This document shows, piece after piece, positions 60,718-64,000 of a stretch of 64,000 nucleotides of DNA (positions are counted from its first letter, which is position 1; every line of letters begins with the position of its first letter). The position numbers and the translations under genes are program-made. Origin of the DNA: an uncultured candidate division Zixibacteria bacterium (GTDB taxonomy: Bacteria; Zixibacteria; MSB-5A5; UBA10806; 4484-95); contig CAXXKA010000008.1 of the NCBI GenBank assembly GCA_963668625.2, positions 928,001-992,000 on the forward strand, read 5' to 3'. Below the pieces are notes generated by a model, which searched no databases, was not told the origin of the DNA, and saw nothing but the letters and a program-made list of their open reading frames with translations.

Positions 60718-63700
60718 TCATTCACAATTCGGCCAGCCATCGGGAGCCTCGGCCGGTAAATCGCCGCTGCTTTGCCAGGTTGGCTCATAGTCAGGGCAGA
60801 AATGTAATTCGTTCGCGCCTCGGAAATATTGTACCAGGTAGGTAACGTCAGCGCCGATTACCGAACAGTCACCGTTAGCATCAGCCGAATTATAGAAACC
60901 ACCGACCAGACACGGCGCGGCGATAGCCCGGAAATAGTTCACCAGGTAGGTGACATCAGCGCCGATTACATTCGGCGGCCAGGCACCGGCAGCCATGTTG
61001 GCGTCACCGGGGAGGTATTCGTAGGTATCACCGCCCGCGGCAAACAGGCAAAATGCCAGATCAGAATTACCTTCATAAACTGTCCAGGATGTATTTGTAT
61101 TATCCTTGAAATAGGCTGTTGAACCAGTTTGTGAATCGGTAGTTAACCAGTAAGTAGGTGATGATACCGTTCTGCAGGCTAGAAAATATGTGCCGGCAGC
61201 CAGTTCTATATCGAGGTTATCGAATTTATAAGCATACACTTCATCGTTTTCGTTGTACGTATAGTTCAAGGAAATTCTGGAACAATCACTAGATTCTCTA
61301 TTGAAAAGAACCGAACCCGGTGCGCCATTATCATTAGCCAGAATCTGGAAATCGCCTTCGCGATCGAAATATGTCTCTTCGTCATCAGCAAAAGCGCAGA
61401 TAAATTTGATGGTTTCGAGGGTAATATCCTCGGCGATGGTAAAATCATCACAGGCGAAATAAACGCCCTCATCTTCAGGCCCGCGATAAATAGCGATCCC
61501 ATCTTCGTTATCAGAATCACCATTTGTATAGTAAGCGCCCTCACAAGGAGGTGGCAGTTCATAGATATCCAGAGTGTACTCGCCACAGCCTTCGTATAGG
61601 CAATCTATAGTAAGGTAATAAGTACCGGATTCGAGGTCGTATGCAATAAGTTCCTTATGGCCGTTTTCGCAATCGTAGGTGCTTACAGACACATCTGATT
61701 CACATATCGAGGTACCGATATATGCTATGAACTCCCAGAAAGATTCGCTGTTGCAGAACGAAAAAACCCAGTCGCCGTCCGTTGGAACAGTAATTTCATA
61801 GATATGATCTTCACCCGGATAAGTAAGATAACAGTTGTTCCCTGCTCCACAGGTTGAACTTGTTCCCGTATAAGGGGCGGTAACAACGAAATCCGGTTCG
61901 GGGGGCGGCGGGCAGTCTACGCCGGTAATATTCACAATATAAGGATTGCCGCCATATTCAAAATGACCAAATATCGGGTAATAGTATGTACCGGCGTTTA
62001 AACCATTCCATGTCCTGTAGGTATATTGACCAAATTCACAACCATATTCCACTGGAGTAAAGATTTCACCCGAACATGGGCAATCCGTAAACAAGAGAGA
62101 AGATGTCTGGTAAACATAGTACTGGTTTTCGCAAAAATCGATAGTGACATTCATACAACTTTCAAGAGTAAATTTAACCCAGACTTCGGGATATCCGTGA
62201 CTATCACAATCCCGAGTTGCTTCCACCGTAGTGCCGGTAAGCTGAACCGTTTCGTCTGAAGTTAAAGTACCGGCATCATCGGCATTGGCACAATCATCAT
62301 TAGGCGGAGTATTAGGAGCCTCAGCGATCGTTAAATAGCCGTTTCCAGTACCTATATAGTTGCTTCCAATCTCAACAAGGTACGATTGGCCGGATGTTAC
62401 CGGAAAATCCAAAAAAGAACCTTGATTGCAACCTAATTGAGACGGGAGTGGTGAACAGCTATTGCCATCATAGGCGGCAATAATAGATTCAAACTCTGAA
62501 CCCATCAAATCAATTCGTGCAAAACCCGTAAATGACGAGGTATAGAGGAACCAAACATTCCCTCCCTCGGTAATGCAACTACCGCTGCCATCGTATGTCG
62601 CGCTTCTTACGGAGAAGGGTGATGAAGCGACTTCTCCAACCGCAATTGCGTCACTGCAATTATCATTATCCGGCGGTGGCGGGCAACTAACACCTTCAAT
62701 ATTAATAGTGTAGGACCTGCCTCCATCGAATCCTAAAACTGGATAATAATAAGTACCAGCCTCTAAGTTAGACCAGGAAATTGAAGGATTCATGTTATTG
62801 CAATACTGCTGATTACCATACATGACATTGCCCACATCACAGGGACAAGCTTCAAACAACTGGGTCGGTGCATCATAAACTTCGTATTCGTTATCACAAT
62901 AATCTATGGTTACATCCATGCATGATGACAGGGTGAACTTTACCCAGACTTCGGGATACCAAAAATATCCGCAATCCTGAGTTGCTTCCACCGTAGTGCC
63001 GGTAAGCTGAACCGGATACCCTTCAACAAGCGTACCGGCATCATCGGCATTGGCACAATCATCATTAGGCGGAGTATTAGGAGCCTCAGCGATCGTTAAA
63101 TAGCCGTTGCCCGTACCTACATAGTTGCTTCCAATTTCAACAAGGTACGATTGACCGGATGTTACCGGAAAATCCAAATGCAAACTTTGACTGCAACCCA
63201 ATTGAGACGGAAGTGGTGAGCAACTAGCACCATCATAAACTGCAATAATACTCTCAAACTCTGAACCCGTTAAATCGATTCGAGCAAAACCCGTAAATGA
63301 CGAAGTATAGAGGAACCATACATTCCCTCCCTCGGTAATGCAACTACCGCTGCCATCATATGTCGCACTTCTTATCGTGAAGGCAGATGAAGTGACTTCT
63401 CCAATTGCGATCGCGCCACTGCAATCATCATTATCCGGCGGGGGCGGGCAACTAACACCTGCAATATTAATAGTGTAAGGACTACCGCCATTGTAACCCA
63501 TAACCGGGAAATAATAAGTTCCGGCACCCAAATTAGACCAGGTCAGGGATGGATTCATATTAGGACATTGTAGCCAATTTCCATTATAGACATCGCCCGC
63601 ATCACAGGGACAATCATCAAACAACTTTGATTCTGCGCCATAAAAATCACCTTCGTAATCGCAGTAATCTATGGTTACATCCATGCATGATGAAAGAGTG

Positions 63701-63903
63701 AACTTTATCCAGACTTCGGGATCCCAAAAACTGCTACAATCAACCGTTGCTTCCACCGTAGTACCGGTAAGCTGAACCGGATATCCCTCAACAAGCGTAC
63801 CGGCATCATCGGCATTGGCACAATCATTATTAGGCGGGGGATCAGCCAAAACAGGTGTAATCATAACACAACATAATAATACCAGGATCAACATTCTAAA
63901 CAT
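60718..63903 (-). CDS. Large secreted Cys-rich repeat protein (PPC-like beta-sandwich repeats 'PPNDDC.NA') with a C-terminal dockerin-like domain
   Basis: Signal peptide; 765-bp internal duplication; tail YLPGDANM..WPP..GADVTYLVNYFR..DANGDC..GWPNCE. Confidence 0.88.
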   Translation of the reverse strand: MFRMLILVLLCCVMITPVLADPPPNNDCANADDAGTLVEGYPVQLTGTTVEATVDCSSFWDPEVWIKFTLSSCMDVTIDYCDYEGDFYGAESKLFDDCPCDAGDVYNGNWLQCPNMNPSLTWSNLGAGTYYFPVMGYNGGSPYTINIAGVSCPPPPDNDDCSGAIAIGEVTSSAFTIRSATYDGSGSCITEGGNVWFLYTSSFTGFARIDLTGSEFESIIAVYDGASCSPLPSQLGCSQSLHLDFPVTSGQSYLVEIGSNYVGTGNGYLTIAEAPNTPPNDDCANADDAGTLVEGYPVQLTGTTVEATQDCGYFWYPEVWVKFTLSSCMDVTIDYCDNEYEVYDAPTQLFEACPCDVGNVMYGNQQYCNNMNPSISWSNLEAGTYYYPVLGFDGGRSYTINIEGVSCPPPPDNDNCSDAIAVGEVASSPFSVRSATYDGSGSCITEGGNVWFLYTSSFTGFARIDLMGSEFESIIAAYDGNSCSPLPSQLGCNQGSFLDFPVTSGQSYLVEIGSNYIGTGNGYLTIAEAPNTPPNDDCANADDAGTLTSDETVQLTGTTVEATRDCDSHGYPEVWVKFTLESCMNVTIDFCENQYYVYQTSSLLFTDCPCSGEIFTPVEYGCEFGQYTYRTWNGLNAGTYYYPIFGHFEYGGNPYIVNITGVDCPPPPEPDFVVTAPYTGTSSTCGAGNNCYLTYPGEDHIYEITVPTDGDWVFSFCNSESFWEFIAYIGTSICESDVSVSTYDCENGHKELIAYDLESGTYYLTIDCLYEGCGEYTLDIYELPPPCEGAYYTNGDSDNEDGIAIYRGPEDEGVYFACDDFTIAEDITLETIKFICAFADDEETYFDREGDFQILANDNGAPGSVLFNRESSDCSRISLNYTYNENDEVYAYKFDNLDIELAAGTYFLACRTVSSPTYWLTTDSQTGSTAYFKDNTNTSWTVYEGNSDLAFCLFAAGGDTYEYLPGDANMAAGAWPPNVIGADVTYLVNYFRAIAAPCLVGGFYNSADANGDCSVIGADVTYLVQYFRGANELHFCPDYEPTWQSSGDLPAEAPDGWPNCE

Positions 63904-64000
63904 GCCTCATCTCCTATCAGCAAATTCATTCTTTAGCGGTGTTTTGGATTTTAGCACTTTTTAAAGATTTAATTTGCCTGTTACAATTCCAATGTTTAAG

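Noticed and set aside
59200-63840. Diversity-generating retroelement behind the internal repeats
   Set aside because: No reverse transcriptase is present, both repeat sets are in-frame coding duplications, and the differences are not adenine-specific.

Overview
Bacterial chromosomal window of moderate GC with several AT-rich patches. It probably comes from a Gram-negative anaerobe; three proteins ending in a duplicated dockerin-like 'GDANM..WPP..DVTY.V.YFRG..GWP.CE' domain suggest a Zixibacteria-like lineage (inference). Housekeeping and metabolic genes include tRNA-His+hisS, an S9 peptidase, an AGCS symporter, YceI, an Rrf2-DsrMK-like module, a beta-CASP MBL hydrolase, DUF1015-serA-serC, a CNNM protein, GT4, a TonB-dependent receptor, LemA-HtpX and an AKR. 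Mobile DNA comprises one intact IS256 element, a 255-bp MITE with a 9-bp TSD and REP-like repeats. The best candidate for a new system is at 14.8-18.6 kb (minus strand): an M16C (PreP/insulinase-like) peptidase followed by three short peptide genes that share an acidic C-terminal D(I/A)GD(V/M/L)L(A/D)E tail. One peptide carries eight tandem 11-aa DG[AS]GG[QR]P repeats, like a multi-core RiPP precursor. Also notable are a G-1-less, G1.U72/A73 tRNA-His next to an alphaproteobacterial-type HisRS, a nuclease-NTPase-repeat (Avs/STAND-like) defence candidate, and a TANFOR-like giant secreted protein paired with an FN3 protein. Several genes carry small frameshifts, which may be sequence errors. All family calls come from motif recognition, not database searches.
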